Assembly (NCBI GenBank): GCA_965112735.1
Contig: OZ218952.1
Location: forward strand, 3,534,001-3,598,000
DNA: 64,000 nt
Origin: Phaeosaccion multiseriatum
Lineage: Eukaryota; Protista; Ochrophyta, other classes
Direction of reading: 5' to 3'
Shown here piece by piece: positions 12,608-25,323 of the stretch. The position numbers were made by a program, and so were the translations under genes. The notes under the pieces were generated by a model. It made no database searches. It saw only the letters and a program-made list of their open reading frames with translations, and had not been told where the DNA came from. Within the stretch, counting starts at the first letter, position 1; each line of letters opens with the position of its first letter.

Positions 12608-15316
12608 ATGTCGGACTCCGATCAAGACAGCTCAGAGCGGTCAGAGGAGGAGGACGAGGGGCAGCAGCAGCCCCAAGACCAGCAGCAAGGAGGTGCTCCT
12701 CCCGAGACGAGTAGTGATGAGGATGAGGACGGTGGAGGTAAAGGCGGTGGAGAAGATGAAGAGGACGAGAGCGATGATGATGATGATGACGACGACGATG
12801 ATGATGATGATGACGATGACGATAGTGATGGCGGTGCAGCAGCAGGGGCAGCAGCTGGGCGAAGGAAGCGCGCTCGACCTGCTTCCGGAGGCAGCAAGGG
12901 CAAGGGCAAGGCGAAGAGCAAGCGGTCCAAATATGACTACATGCATGATGACGAGGCCGCGGAGAGCAGAGGCGACGACGAGGAGGAGGACATGGGAGAA
13001 GAGAGGTGAGCAGCAGACGGAGGGCCGCTGGGAGAAGAAGGCAGAGTCTCGTTGAATCGGTGTTTGCTCTCACCGAAAAGGGATATGGGAGAGACCATAG
13101 AGAGAGGGCACAGCTGAGGAAAGTCGAGAAGGGTAGAGAAGTCTCTTGCTTCTGCTGACGATACCGTTACCCCCCGTCTTCCCCCTCCCCTCTCACTGTG
13201 ACCAAATAGAACCAACGACGCCGAGCTCACGGAGATGGAGAGGGTGGGGCATGAGAGGGTGCAGAGCAGACACGAGCAGAACAGGACCATGTGGAGCAGG
13301 TCGGAAGCGGAAATCGCAGCGGACTATGAGAGCAGGTGAGAGCTGGGCTTCTTGAGTGGGTCCTCACGCCTGCCTGGTGTCCTGACTGACGAGCTCAATA
13401 GGAAACTTTGGGTCCGTCCCATGCCCTCTTTCCCTCGCACACGCCAGTTGTCACCCTGCTCTCACGTGCGTGAGTGTGAGTGTGCTCTATCGCACGTGCG
13501 GAGTGTGAGTGTGCTCCATCGCACGTGCGAAACAAGTATTGATTGGATTTGATCAACCCCCCCCCCTTGCCCCCAACAGGTACCGCCGTGCACAGCCCGC
13601 CATTCGGCCAGGAGGGGGGAGGGGGGGAGACTATGACAGTGAAGGAGACGACTACGGTTATGGGGATGAAGGAGGGCCCCGCACTGTGGTGGCGCCAGAG
13701 GTACGGAAGGGTACGCGATGGTAGGCTGTCCGTATTGTCTTGGGGGGAGGGGGGAGGAGGGGAGGGTAGGGGGCAGGGGGAAGAGGTTGTCTTGGGGGGG
13801 GCGGGGGGGGGCAAAGGGCGCTCCTGCAACAGATGAGGTAAAGGTGATGACATCGCCTCGCGTTGTCACTCTGTGTTTCATGCCCCCCCCCCCCCTTGCG
13901 TCTCTTCTACCTTCGTCCAGACAGAGTCTTCTCCTTCCCACTCCCGCTCCTCCAACTCTCCGCTGCTCCTCCTGCTGCTCCTTCTTTGCTCCTCCTCGTG
14001 CTCTGCTCGGCCCACCCTTCCCCACAGCTTCCCGCCCCGCTCTCCTCATGTCCCCTCCCCCCGGTTTCACCTGCTCTCCCCTACCCAGCCCCACCTAACC
14101 CCTCCCCTCTCCCCTCCCTCCGTCCCCCCCCCCCTCCCTCCCCACACCCTTGCCCCTGTACTCACCCACCTACCTACCTACCCACCCAGATCATCCAACA
14201 ATCTCGCTTACCCTCTTACGAAGACCCTAAGCTCTTCATGATCAAAGTGGCCCCGGGCAAGGAGCAGCTTGTGGTGTGGCAGATTATGAACAAGGCGGCC
14301 AAGTTGATGGCAGAGGGCAAGTCCCTCGGCATCTCCTCTGCTCTGTGCACAGGCTCCAAGGGATATGTCTATGTGGAGAGTCGCAGTGAGCAGGTGTGTG
14401 TGAGTGTGCGTGTGAGTGTGAGTGTGCGTGTGCGTGTAAGTGTGCGTGTGTGTGTGTGTGTGTGTGACATTGTGCCTTGTGTGTGTTGTATGTCGTGGAT
14501 GTGCTTGTGTTTATTGTTGGGAATGATGGTGCTATTGTTGGTGGTGGTCGTTGTGGTGGTTTGTCGTGGTGGTGGTGGTGGTGGTGGTGCCCGTCTTCCT
14601 TCATGCGTCTTCCAAGCTGCTCTTTGCCCATGAGCACCCTCTCATCCTCCTTCTGCAACTGCCTTTCCTCCTCCAACCCATCTCCTCCTCCTCGTCCTCC
14701 TATGTCCTACCATCCTACAAAATCGAATGTCGTGCCCTGGCTGTGGCCCTGGCTGCTGCTGCCCTCCTCTATACTCTACTCTACTCTGATCCTCTGCTGC
14801 AGGAAACCCGTAACGGCATTGAGCACATTAAGTTCATGTACCGTAACAAGCTCTCCATGGTACCGATGACCGAAATGACGGCTTCCGTGAGCGTCAAAAC
14901 CAAGGTGAGACTAGTTGGTTGGTAGACTGGCAGACTGGCAGACTGGCAGACTGGCAGACTGGCAGACTGGCAGACTGGCAGACTGGCAGACTGGCAGAGA
15001 GGGAGACGGGGACAGGGAGTAGGGAAGGCCTGGCAGAGATGGAGTAGGAGTCGGCACAGTCAGGGCAGGGCAGGGTAGGGCAGGACGCAGGACAAAACAG
15101 GATGGAGGGTAGGGGCCGCAATCGTAAAACAGGCAGACGGGGGGAGCTTCCTTCTCATCACGCTGGTAGGCTCTGCCTGACCGCCATGGGTGGCGGCGCG
15201 CTTCAGTTTCAGTTTCAGTTGAGCAGACCTTCCCTCAGCTGAGCCAATCAAGAGACTGCGTGCGTGTCGTCTTGCTTTGTCTCGTCTGTTCTAATGTCCC
15301 CACCCTCTTCCTATGC

Positions 15317-15362
<46 letters not shown>

Positions 15363-17286
15363 CCGGCTCGCTTCTAATGCCCAACAGATTCGCCTACTGA
15401 AGGCCGGTCAGTACGTAAGGATCCAAAGAGGCGTGTTCAAGGACGATCTTGCTAAGGTACGTTACGTAATACTAAGAGGGGGGATGGGCAGGTATACCTC
15501 ATCTCTCAACGGGGGTTTGGTCGAAGCATAGGGCTCGAAGCTGATGTGCTGCAGGGGTGTGGGGCGGGAGGGAGTACCCTTTGAGCTCCTTTAGCAACCA
15601 ACCTCCAGTGAGAAGAGAAGGTGCTGTGCATTCGTTGGAACCTTCACCTTCTCTCTGAGCCCAAGCACGGAAGAGCCCAACGCCTCAATCAACCCTCAAC
15701 CTCAACCTCCACCCCTCTTTCCTTCCTCCCTTCCTTCCTTCCTTCTTTCCTTCCTTCCTTCCTTCCTTCCTTCCTTCCTTCCTTCCTTCCTTCCTTCCTT
15801 CCTTCCTTCCTTCCCCGCTTCACTCCTCCATTGGCTCAACATAACCCCCCCCTGCTGTCTGTACTCCCGCCCCTCCCTTCTCACCTTGCCTTGCCGCACC
15901 CTCGTTTCCGTCTTGCACCGACTGCCCCCTGCCCTGTCCTCGGTCCTCCTCTCCTTCCCTCCCTCCGTCCGTCCGATGGATGGGATGGGATGGGGATTCA
16001 CTCCTTGGCTCTTGACTCATCGTCTCTCCCGGCATGGCGATGCCTCTCGGTTGTGCCTCTCGGTTGTGCCTCTCGGTTGTGCCTCTCGGTTATGCCTAAG
16101 GTGGAGTCTGTGATGGACAGCGGGAGCAGGGTTGTGGTCAAGTACATTCCGCGCATCGACATCGGGTGAGTGAGTGAGTGAGTGAGTGAGTGAGTGAGGG
16201 AGGGCGTGAGGGAGGGCGCGAGTGAGTGAGTGAGGGAGGGCGCGAGTGAGTGAGTGAGTGAGTCTGTGAGTCTGTGTGAGGGAAGGAGGGAGTCAAGTAT
16301 GCGAGTCAGTGAGTCAAGGGGTCAGTTACTGCGTGCGCGAGTGAGTGAGTGAGTAAGTCGGTGTATGTGTGTGTGTGAGAGAGAGGGAAAGAGAGAGAAT
16401 GTCAGGACATTTAAGTTTTAATGCTTCCCCCCGCTACCCTCACCATTGACTGCCATTTGCAGCAACATTGGGCCCGACGGGAAGCCCAAAGTGAAGAGCA
16501 CTGCCCGGCCCCCGCAGCGCTTCTTCCAACCCGCTGAGGTTAGCGCTGTGTCTCCGCTGGCGGTGGAGCGCAAGAGGTTTCCGGCCAACAACAATTGGAT
16601 GGATTGGTACAACGGCACGTGAGTGAGGGAGGGAGGGAAGGGAAGGAGGGGAGGAGGGAGGGAAGGAGGGGCAGGACGGAGGGAGGAAGAACAGGAGGGA
16701 GGAATGGATGTTAATTCTGTTTCTGTAACGTGACTTGTCCTTAGGTTCTACCTGGACGGCTTTGTCTTGAAGGAGGTTTCCGTGGCGACCATGATCCGCA
16801 GCGTCGACGTCAACCCCACCATTGAGGAACTGCAGACCTTCCGCTCCAGGGACAAGGATCCCAACGCAGCCAAGGCAGACGGCAGTGACGACGAGGGTGA
16901 GAACAACGGGGGAGGGAGGGAGGGAGGGAGGGAGGAGGGAGGGAGGGGGGAGAGAGGGAGGGGGGCAGGTAGGAAGGGAGGGGGATGGAGGGAGGAGGAG
17001 GCTTCTGTGGCTTCTCATGTCGTTTCAATTTGCATCATCTTCTTAGCGGATGGCTGGCATCAAATGCGCAATCTCCCCTCTCTCACTCGCTCTCTCATAT
17101 ACGCACGCTCACACTTCACCTTACTGTCTCACACTCTCTGTCTCTCTCACACACACTTACTCACCCTCCCTCTCGCTCTCACTCCCTCGCCCTCTTTCTT
17201 ATGACAGGAGGAGACAAGGAGGGAGACGGGGCCGCGCAGTCCAATAAGGCAGTGGAGGTGCGTCTTGGTGTAGCATTGGCGCGCGC

Positions 17287-17333
<47 letters not shown>

Positions 17334-17736
17334 GGGGGGTGTGGGTGTGTGGGGGGAGTATACGCCTTTTCACGGGCTTGCCTATCGGGGTCCTAGCATG
17401 TGCTCAATAAGGGTAGCGTCGTAGAACAAATCAGTGGACTCATCGCCCCCCTATATCTATCTGTCTGTCTGTCTGTCTCTGTCCGCCCGTCTGTCTTCCT
17501 CTCTACCTGTCTCTTGTCTGCCTCTCTAAGCATCTGTCTCACCCTCTCTCTGCCCGTTTTTCTCTCTCTTACCTCTCCCTCTCCTTCTCTCTCTCTCTCT
17601 TCCTCCCTCTCTTTCTCTCCTTGTCCCTCTCTTCTCTCCCTATGCCAGGGCCTAATGGAGGAGATAGCGCGTGCTCAGGAGAAAGAAGCCGTCGACAAGG
17701 CCGACCCCACCACTGCGCTCTTCGGGAAGGGTGAGT

Positions 17737-17788
<52 letters not shown>

Positions 17789-17917
17789 CGTGTGTGTCTT
17801 ACGTCATATGCAACCCCGTGCGTGTGTGTCCTACGTCATATGCAACCCCGAGGGGCGGGGTTCAGCAGGGGTGGGGATACTCATTGCATTGTGCGTAAAG
17901 CCAAAGCCCGAGACTCT

Positions 17918-17950
<33 letters not shown>

Positions 17951-20445
17951 GCTGCACCCGTCCCTGTATGTGTTTGTGCCCTGTGCCCGCTCGTGTGTGC
18001 GCGTGTGCGCTAACACCACACACCCCACAACAACAACAACAACAACAACAACACACAGGTGATATTGTGCTGGTGACTCAGGGAGACCTCAAGGACCTCA
18101 TGGGTCGTGTGGTGGAGGTCAAGTCCTCGGCAGGAGAGGCCGTGGTGCGTGTCCAACCCCTGGCCGAGGAGCTCAAAGATGACATTGTCGAGGTGCTGCC
18201 CAGGGACATTGCCAAGTTCATGCGCATTGGGGCACATGTGAGGGTCATTGACGGGCGGTATGTAGGTGAGTGAGTGAGTGAGTGAGTGGGGACGAGGGGT
18301 GGGATAAGTGACTGGGGGGATAGGGTGAGTGAGTGAGTGAGTGAGTGAGTGAGTGAGTGAGTGAGTGAGTGAGTGAGTGAGTGAGTGGGTGGGTGGGTGG
18401 GTGTGGGTTGGTGGGTTGGGGTTGGGGTGGGGTGGGGAGATGCGAGTGGGTGTGGGTGTGGGATGGGTTGGGTGTGAAACACACGTCGGTCACCACGGGT
18501 CGAATGGCGGTGAGCTGGCAGTGCTGCTAGTGCTCACACAAGGGGACAAGGCCTGCAAATACCTTGTCTGTCGGTGTATGTCTGTTTGCCTCTGTCTCCC
18601 TCTTTGTCATGTTCACACACCACTGGTCTCTTGTGCTTGATGGATTCGTCATTTGCTGTTGTTCACTTGCTCGTTTTTGTTGTCGCTCACCCTCACTCAG
18701 GGGAGACGGGAACCATCGTGGACGTGCGCACCAAGGACGGAGACAGCATTGCTGTGGTGCTCTCGGACAGTGCCAAGGAGTTGGAGGTGGGAGAGGCAGG
18801 GAGGGTTGGCGGTCAGTAGACGGCAGTCAGTCGCACCAGAACAGTCCCACTTCATTCCTTTCATTCCTTCACGCATTCTCACACAATCACACACACACAC
18901 ACGGGCGCGCGCGCGCACTCACAGGTTCGAGTTGCGCAGCTGCAGGAGACCCTCGAAGTGGCACAAGGGCTTGACTCTTTGGCGGGGTATGAGATGTTCG
19001 ATCTGGTGCAAGTGGGCCCCACGGACTATGGCATGGTGACCAAGGTGGGGAGGGACGATCTCACTCTCTTGTGCGCCAACGGGCAGCAAAGAGTGGCCAA
19101 GCCTGAGGAGCTGAGGGGCAAGCGCAATCAGCAGAGCAGCAGGTGGGTCAGGAGGAAGAGGAGGAGGAGGAGGAGGAGGAGGCTCCCGCCTTCCTCCCAT
19201 TTGTACACTTTCAGTTCCACGTTTTTGACCTTCACCAGTCCCAATGAGATCGATATTGACTCGCCCCTGCGCTTACAAGCCCCCCCTTGTACCGTCCTGC
19301 CTCCTCCTCCTCCTCCTCCTCCTCCTCCTCCTCCTCCTCCTCCGTCCTCCCCCCTCTGCCGTATTGCTAGATCTGTGGCTCTGGATGCTGAGCAGAATCA
19401 GCTTAGAGTGGGGGACGTGGTCAACGTCGTGGAGGGCAGGTTTGCCCGCCAAACAGGTGGGTGTGAGTGTCCGTTACTTCCCTTACTCGCGCGTACGATT
19501 AACTTCTACTATGCCAAATTGACTTGTATCTAGCTGGTTCTACCCCTACGCTCCTATGCCCTATGCCCTACGTTCCATACCCTATAGCCCATCCCCTATG
19601 TCCTATACCCTAAAACCCCATACCTCATACCCCATACCCCATAACAGAATAGTTAACATATATATATATATATATATATCCCATACCCTACACCCTGTAA
19701 ATATATATATCCCATACCCTACACCCTGTAACCCATACCCAACACCGCATACCCCATACCCTAATACCCTATACATCTCACCAGGCACCATCAAGGCTGT
19801 GTACCGCAACACTTTGTTCCTGCACTCTCGCATCGTGCAGCAGCACGGAGGAGTCTTCACCTCTCGCTCAAGGAGCTGCGTGCTGGCCGGGAATAAGAGG
19901 CCCTCTGCGGGGCAGCAGCAGATGGCCATCGCCTATATGGGGCAGGGTGAGAAGGAGAAGAGGGAAGGAGGGAGAGGAGGAGAAGGAATGGGATGGATGG
20001 ATAGGGCGTGGCTGTGCTACATTTCGCTGCTGATTCTCGCTTTCTGCAATCCCCCCTCCATCTTCTTTCCCTCCCTTCGCCCCCTTCTCTCCTTCCGTCC
20101 CTCCCTCCCTCGCATCCCCGCAGTGAACCAGAAGAGCGATACCAAGCACGACTCCCGTAACCGCCACGACGAGCTGCTAAACAAGACGGTGAAGGTGACC
20201 AAGGGCAAGTTCAAGGGGCACATGGGCATTGTCATGGAGGCGACGCCCTCGCACGTGAGGGTGGAGCTCAGTACCAAGATGAAGACAATTTACGAGAAGA
20301 GAGAGTTCGTCCGAACGGTACGTGTGGGGTGGGTATACGTATGTATACGTATGTGTGTGTGTTCGTGTGCTTGTAGACATGCTACGAGAAGAGGGGAGTG
20401 TGTCGTATCGGTACTGTGCGTACGTAGGGGTGCTGTGTGTGGATG

Positions 20446-20496
<51 letters not shown>

Positions 20497-22054
20497 CTGA
20501 CATCACTCACATTTCCTTCTATCTCTCGCTCGCTCGCTCTCTCTCTCATGTTCACAGGTTGGTGACCACGAAGGGGGTTTCGAACACGCAGAGACGCAAA
20601 ACCCCTTCGCGAGGGGAGGAGCCGGGGGCGAGCAAGACTCCGCATTTCCCTCTACGCCTTTCCTCACCGCCGCCACGCCGATGCACGGCGGCCAGACGCC
20701 CATGTATGGGGGTCAAACACCCATGCACGGAAACCAAACGCCCATGCACGACGGCTCTGCTACGCCAATGCACGCGCCAAGGACGCCTTCGCACGACGTG
20801 TGGCGACCCAAGGCTGGGGACACGCCCGCTAGGCCTGCCGACATGGACACGGATTGGAACAGGAGCGGCCGGGGGGGGGAGGACGACGATGGGAGTGCGA
20901 GTCTGAGAGGCGGAGGAGGAGGGGGAGGAGGGGGAGCAGGCGTGGGCGGCGCGAGCACCACGTACAGCAGCCGATGGGACAATACAGGCAATGGCAGAGA
21001 CGCACGAGGAGGGGGAGGAGCGAGCAACTGGGGCGGCAGCAGCTCGGGCGACTACTCAGCACCGCTGCGGGATGGGGGCGGCGCTAGTAGCTCTGGCTCG
21101 GCATACAGGGAAGCAGGCTCGACCATGTCTCCGGTCTCTTCCGAGTATGGCAAGCCGCGAGGCGGCAGCGAAGCCGGGCATGCATCGCCGGTGCCGTCTT
21201 CCCCTGGAGGGCCTGGGGGGGGGCACCATCGCGGAGGAGGAGAGATGTGGCTGCAGGAGTACGCCAAGGTGGTGTTGCTTGACGGGAGGAGGGAGGGGAC
21301 TGTGATGAGCGTTCGCAGGGGCGGGGGTGGCTACGATACGACGGCGACGGTGCGCATGGACGACAGCGGGAAGGAGGAGCACAATGTGCGGATACATGAG
21401 GTGCGTAATGCCAACGTGTGAGAGCGGTGTTGAGAGCGGTGTTGAGTGAGGGAGGGAGGGGTGGGAAGGGCAGTGGACTGGTGTGGCGTGATGGGAATGG
21501 TGAGAGCGGTGTTGAGAGAGACAGAGAGAGAGAGAGGGAGAGAGGCGTGGGGTGTCTGCACCACAGAAGGAGAGGAGCGGGAACACGACATGCAGAAAGC
21601 GCTTGTCGAGCAATTGATAACAGTTTGCGAGTTGGCCGGCCGGGCCCCTCTCTCTCTCTCTCCCTCCCTCCCTCCCTCCCTCCCTCTCATATATTTCCAT
21701 CCTATTGATCGTCGATGCATGATCTCGCCCCCCCCCCCCCCCCCCCCCACCCTCCTCCTCTCTTCTCTCCTCCGTCCCTCCCCCCTTCCCTCCCTCCCCG
21801 CTTCCCTCCTTCCTTCCCTCCCTCTCTGCCTCCCCCCTTCCCTCCTTCCCTCCCTCCCTCTGTGCCTCCACAACACGCAGCTGAGCGCGGCGAGGCCCGA
21901 GAAGAATGACCGCGTGCGCGTGCTGACGGGAGACGATGCCAACAGGGAGGGGCGGCTCAAGTACTTCGACGGGGACGACGCCATGGTCAAGATCAAGGGC
22001 CATCACGGCATGGTGCTGGCCTCCCAAAGCAACATCATCAAGGTGTCTCACTAG
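12608..22054 (+). CDS. SPT5: Transcription elongation factor SPT5 (about 19 exons)
   Basis: Acidic N-terminus, NGN domain (LPSYEDPKLFMIKV...KGYVYVES), and multiple KOW motifs (GQYVRIQRGVFKDDLAKV, GDIVLVTQGDLKDLMGRV, KTVKVTKGKFKGHMGIV). CTR repeats read GGQTPMY/GNQTPMH, followed by a terminal KOW. The splice phases checked were consistent. Confidence 0.95.
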
Positions 22055-22138
22055 CTTACTGGAATGGGGTTTCATAGCTTTGTTTCCACCGTGGTTCGTA
22101 CCTAAGAGGCACACTGTCTAAAAGGAAAGGCATTGTTA

Positions 22139-22258
22139 GGCTTTCTTTCCGCTATGGCACCTGCCTACACAGAGGGGACACGCGTTTAGCTTTCTTTCCG
22201 CTAAGGTATATGCCTACATAGAGGTTTCGCTAAATAAAGTACCTGCCTACAAAGAGGA
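22139..22258. repeat. Degenerate tandem repeat (~50 bp unit) downstream of SPT5
   Basis: GCTTTCTTTCCGCTA occurs twice, and TGCCTACA.AGAGG three times. Confidence 0.55.
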
Positions 22259-22322
22259 GAAGGTCTCTCCTCTTCGCTACTAAAGGATGATGGCGCCGCG
22301 TGTGAGTGCTTGAGGGCGAGGG

Positions 22323-25230
22323 GGGCCACTTCCACAATCGCATCGATTTTCTGATCGACACCAGTTTCGATGCGATTTCCGTTCCCCTTGTTTAGGGGTA
22401 TGCTGGTCACGGTCATGATCTTCCCATTCAAATCCATGGCCGGGAGTGGGAGATCTGGGTGAGAAAACAGGGAGGACAGCGTAGATAGCGCACGGGAAGC
22501 ACATCACTGGATGCAGCGTGCTTAGGGCTTTAAGAATTCTACCTTTCTCCTACTCATCATCTTCAGCTGGCAAAACGCCCTCAAAGCGAAAATTGAAATG
22601 GCCACTCCGGGGCGTCCTCACCACCTCCGGTACCTGGATCGATGTACTTTCAAGCATGCAGAAACGCCCTGCGGCAAGAAGACAAGAGTGACACTGACTG
22701 TCGCACCCAGTGGAACCAGGAAGGAGCAGAAGCGCTATGGCAGGGTGTGCTCTAAGGAGCACGTCCAAGAGACGGAGGATGAACTTCTTGCGGAACGAAT
22801 GGAACGGGCCAACATCAAGACGCCGCCGGCAAAGAGGAGCGAGATACAGCATCGGTGGGCTTCGCTGGTGAAGGGGTCCAAGTATTACTCTCCCAAGGGT
22901 GTATCAGAGTCCCCAGCGAAGAAGAGGAAGCTCCGAGACGGCGATTGGGGGAAGGAGGGTCCAGCTGAGGATACGGCCGGCATGCTCTTCACAGAGTCCA
23001 CAAAGAAAAGCAGAGAAGCTGCGGAGGCGAGGGAGAGGCAAGAGGCAGCAAGCAAGGAAGCAGGGGGTCTTGCGGAGAAGCGCAAAGCCCTAGAAACGGC
23101 GAGGCCGAGATGCAGCCCCAGAAGCGGAGCGGGGGGTGACGCAGCAGCACAGCATCAGGAGGAGGAGAAGATGGCCGTAGAGGCTGCAGAAAAAGAAGCG
23201 CTGGCTGAAGCGGAAAGAGTTGGTAAGGAGGCAGCAGCTCTGGAGGTAAATGCGGGAGCCTTCCGGAGGGCAGGAGAGGCCTGGGAGGCAGGAGCAGCTT
23301 CCTCTTGCGCTGGTAGCGCAGCGGAAGATGAGGTTGAGCTTCCAGCAATGGGCGGTGGCGTGGTTCGTGTGAAGGAGGCCGATCTGAAGAAGGCGCTTTC
23401 GGAGGACGACGCATCTCTGGCAAGACGTATTGGCTTTGTGCTCGCCTCGGTCGGCGGCTTGTGTGAAGGGAGCCTGTGACGACTGCAAGCCCGGCGTAAA
23501 GGGTATCCCCCATTGTGAGTACAGCGACGGAAACTACACGCACACGGTGCAGGTGAAAGAGTGGGCGCCAGTGGTGACAGCAGAAGGGAAGAAGCACGGC
23601 CGGCAGAACGTGCTTGTGGAGATGACTGTGGCCGAGCTCTTTAGGAGGGCCGAGCAGTACCTCCGGCAGAAGTACATCCAGCATCATGTCGCGACGAAGG
23701 TGCAGAGGCTTGCTGCCGAGGTGACTCTGAAGCGACTCAAGCCCCATCAGATCATAATGGGGATGGACTTTTCGGAGAAGCATAAGCTCAGCGGTACGTC
23801 AGAGCAAGAGGGGCGCCCACTTCTCTCCCCTCCCGTCCTCCCCCCACCCTTCCTCCCTCCTCTCCCCCCTCCCCTGCTCCCTCCTTTTCCTTCCTAATGT
23901 ATTCGTGTGTTTCTCTCCTGCTCTCCCTTTCATCTGGCGCGTTCTCTGTGACCTGTGGCACATGTCCGTCCGCGACGCTCATGATTTGCTACATGCACTG
24001 CAACCCCAGGATGTGGGGGGGGAAGCCCGTCCATGACGTGCACGCTCAGATTTTCATCTCCGACGACTCCCTTCAAGACCAAGCCTTCCATGAGCACTGC
24101 TGCAGCCTCATGCATCAGGAGTACAAGGGATACTTCGAAAAGCACGGCCTCAAGCTGGAGGAGTGGATCAACGTCACTGACGGGTGCGCCAAGCAGTACA
24201 AGGGCGCAAAGAACTTCGCCTTCGTTGCCTCCTGTCTCAAGTTGTGGGGGGTGAAGATGACGCACATGTTCCACACCACCTCGCATGGTAAGGGGCCCCA
24301 CGATGGGCTTGGGGGTACCATCAAGGCCATGGCATCGAGGAGGACGGACATGGGGGAGAGGGTGATGAACTCGCCGAAGGACTTTGCCGCCTTCGTGACT
24401 GAGATGTTTGACACCACCGCCCAGCCAATGTCGGACGAAGACTACTTTGGAAAGGGCTGGACACCTTTTACAGCCCGGATGACCCGTGTGAGGTTTATTG
24501 CCGCCGGCAGCATTCAGTGGGAGGACGTAAACATCAAGGGCATCCAGGGCACCCAGGGTATATACCACTACGAGGGCGATGTGAAGGAGGGTGGCTTCGT
24601 TTCGGGGGCCACGATTGAAGCGTTCCATCAAGGCCAGGACTATGATGTTGCGTACCCACTTCATGTTCGCACGATGAGCTGTAGCTGCACCCCCTGCAGC
24701 AAGGGCAAGTACGGGGAGTGCTTCGCCGCGAAGAATGGGCAAGGCGACCTGTTTGGGGGGGAGCCAAAGCTTGTGTACCTGTACCAGTCTATAGTGGGAG
24801 ACCAGGGCCCGCTTCTCACTCGGGCCAGTGTACTCGCGATGAACCGGCCTACGTTGGAGTCTTGCTGCGCACGGGAAGGGATTAAGTACCCGAAAGGGAC
24901 CCTCAAGCAGGGGCTGGTGGAGCTCCTGTTGGCGCACCTTGCGTCCCGCGAAGCACCCGCGGAGCAGCCTGTGACGCCCGTTGTAGAGCCTTCGGCACCC
25001 CCAACACCTCCCGCCACCCCTGCTGTCCTCTCTAGCCTTTAGTGCTTTTAATTGACATAAATATTACTTTTAGTGTTTTCAATATTTCTCCCAACCCCCC
25101 CTTTTCTCTTTTCTCCCGCGCCCTTCGTTTCTCGGCAGTGCTGCGAACCGGACGACAGCTCTTCTTGTAGAGGGCATCAAAAGTTACGAGCTTTGGAAGC
25201 TGGGGCAGGGCTGCGATCGTGGAAGTGCCC
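22323..25230 (+). mobile_element. Sola2-type DNA transposon, 2908 bp, with TIRs and a 4-bp TSD (AGGG)
   Basis: Left end GGGCCACTTCCACAATCGCA (22323) versus the reverse complement of the right end GGGCACTTCCACGATCGCA (to 25230). AGGG flanks both ends (22319-22322 and 25231-25234). GRG...CYC termini and a 4-bp TSD are typical of Sola2, and an internal transposase is present. Confidence 0.8.
22598..25042 (+). pseudogene. Sola2-like DDD transposase, disrupted
   Basis: Motifs MDFSE (D1), TDGCAKQYK (D2) and HTTSHGKGPHDGLGG (D3); Cys clusters CVKGACDDC and CSCTPC; C-terminal SAP-like MNRPTLESCCAREGIKYPKGTLKQGLVELL. There is a +1 frameshift near 23411. The phase-1 intron 23794-23936 has an in-frame acceptor reading CTG instead of CAG. 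Confidence 0.75.
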
Positions 25231-25323
25231 AGGGGTGGAAGAAATGGACGTGTTGGTCCTCCACCCCTTTCCCTTTCCACTCCTTTTACTTCCTCCCCGA
25301 GAGATCCGAGGGCACCAATGCTG

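Noticed and set aside
23930-24937. 335-aa antisense ORF in the transposon
   Set aside because: Shadow of the GC-rich transposase frame, with no domain signal.
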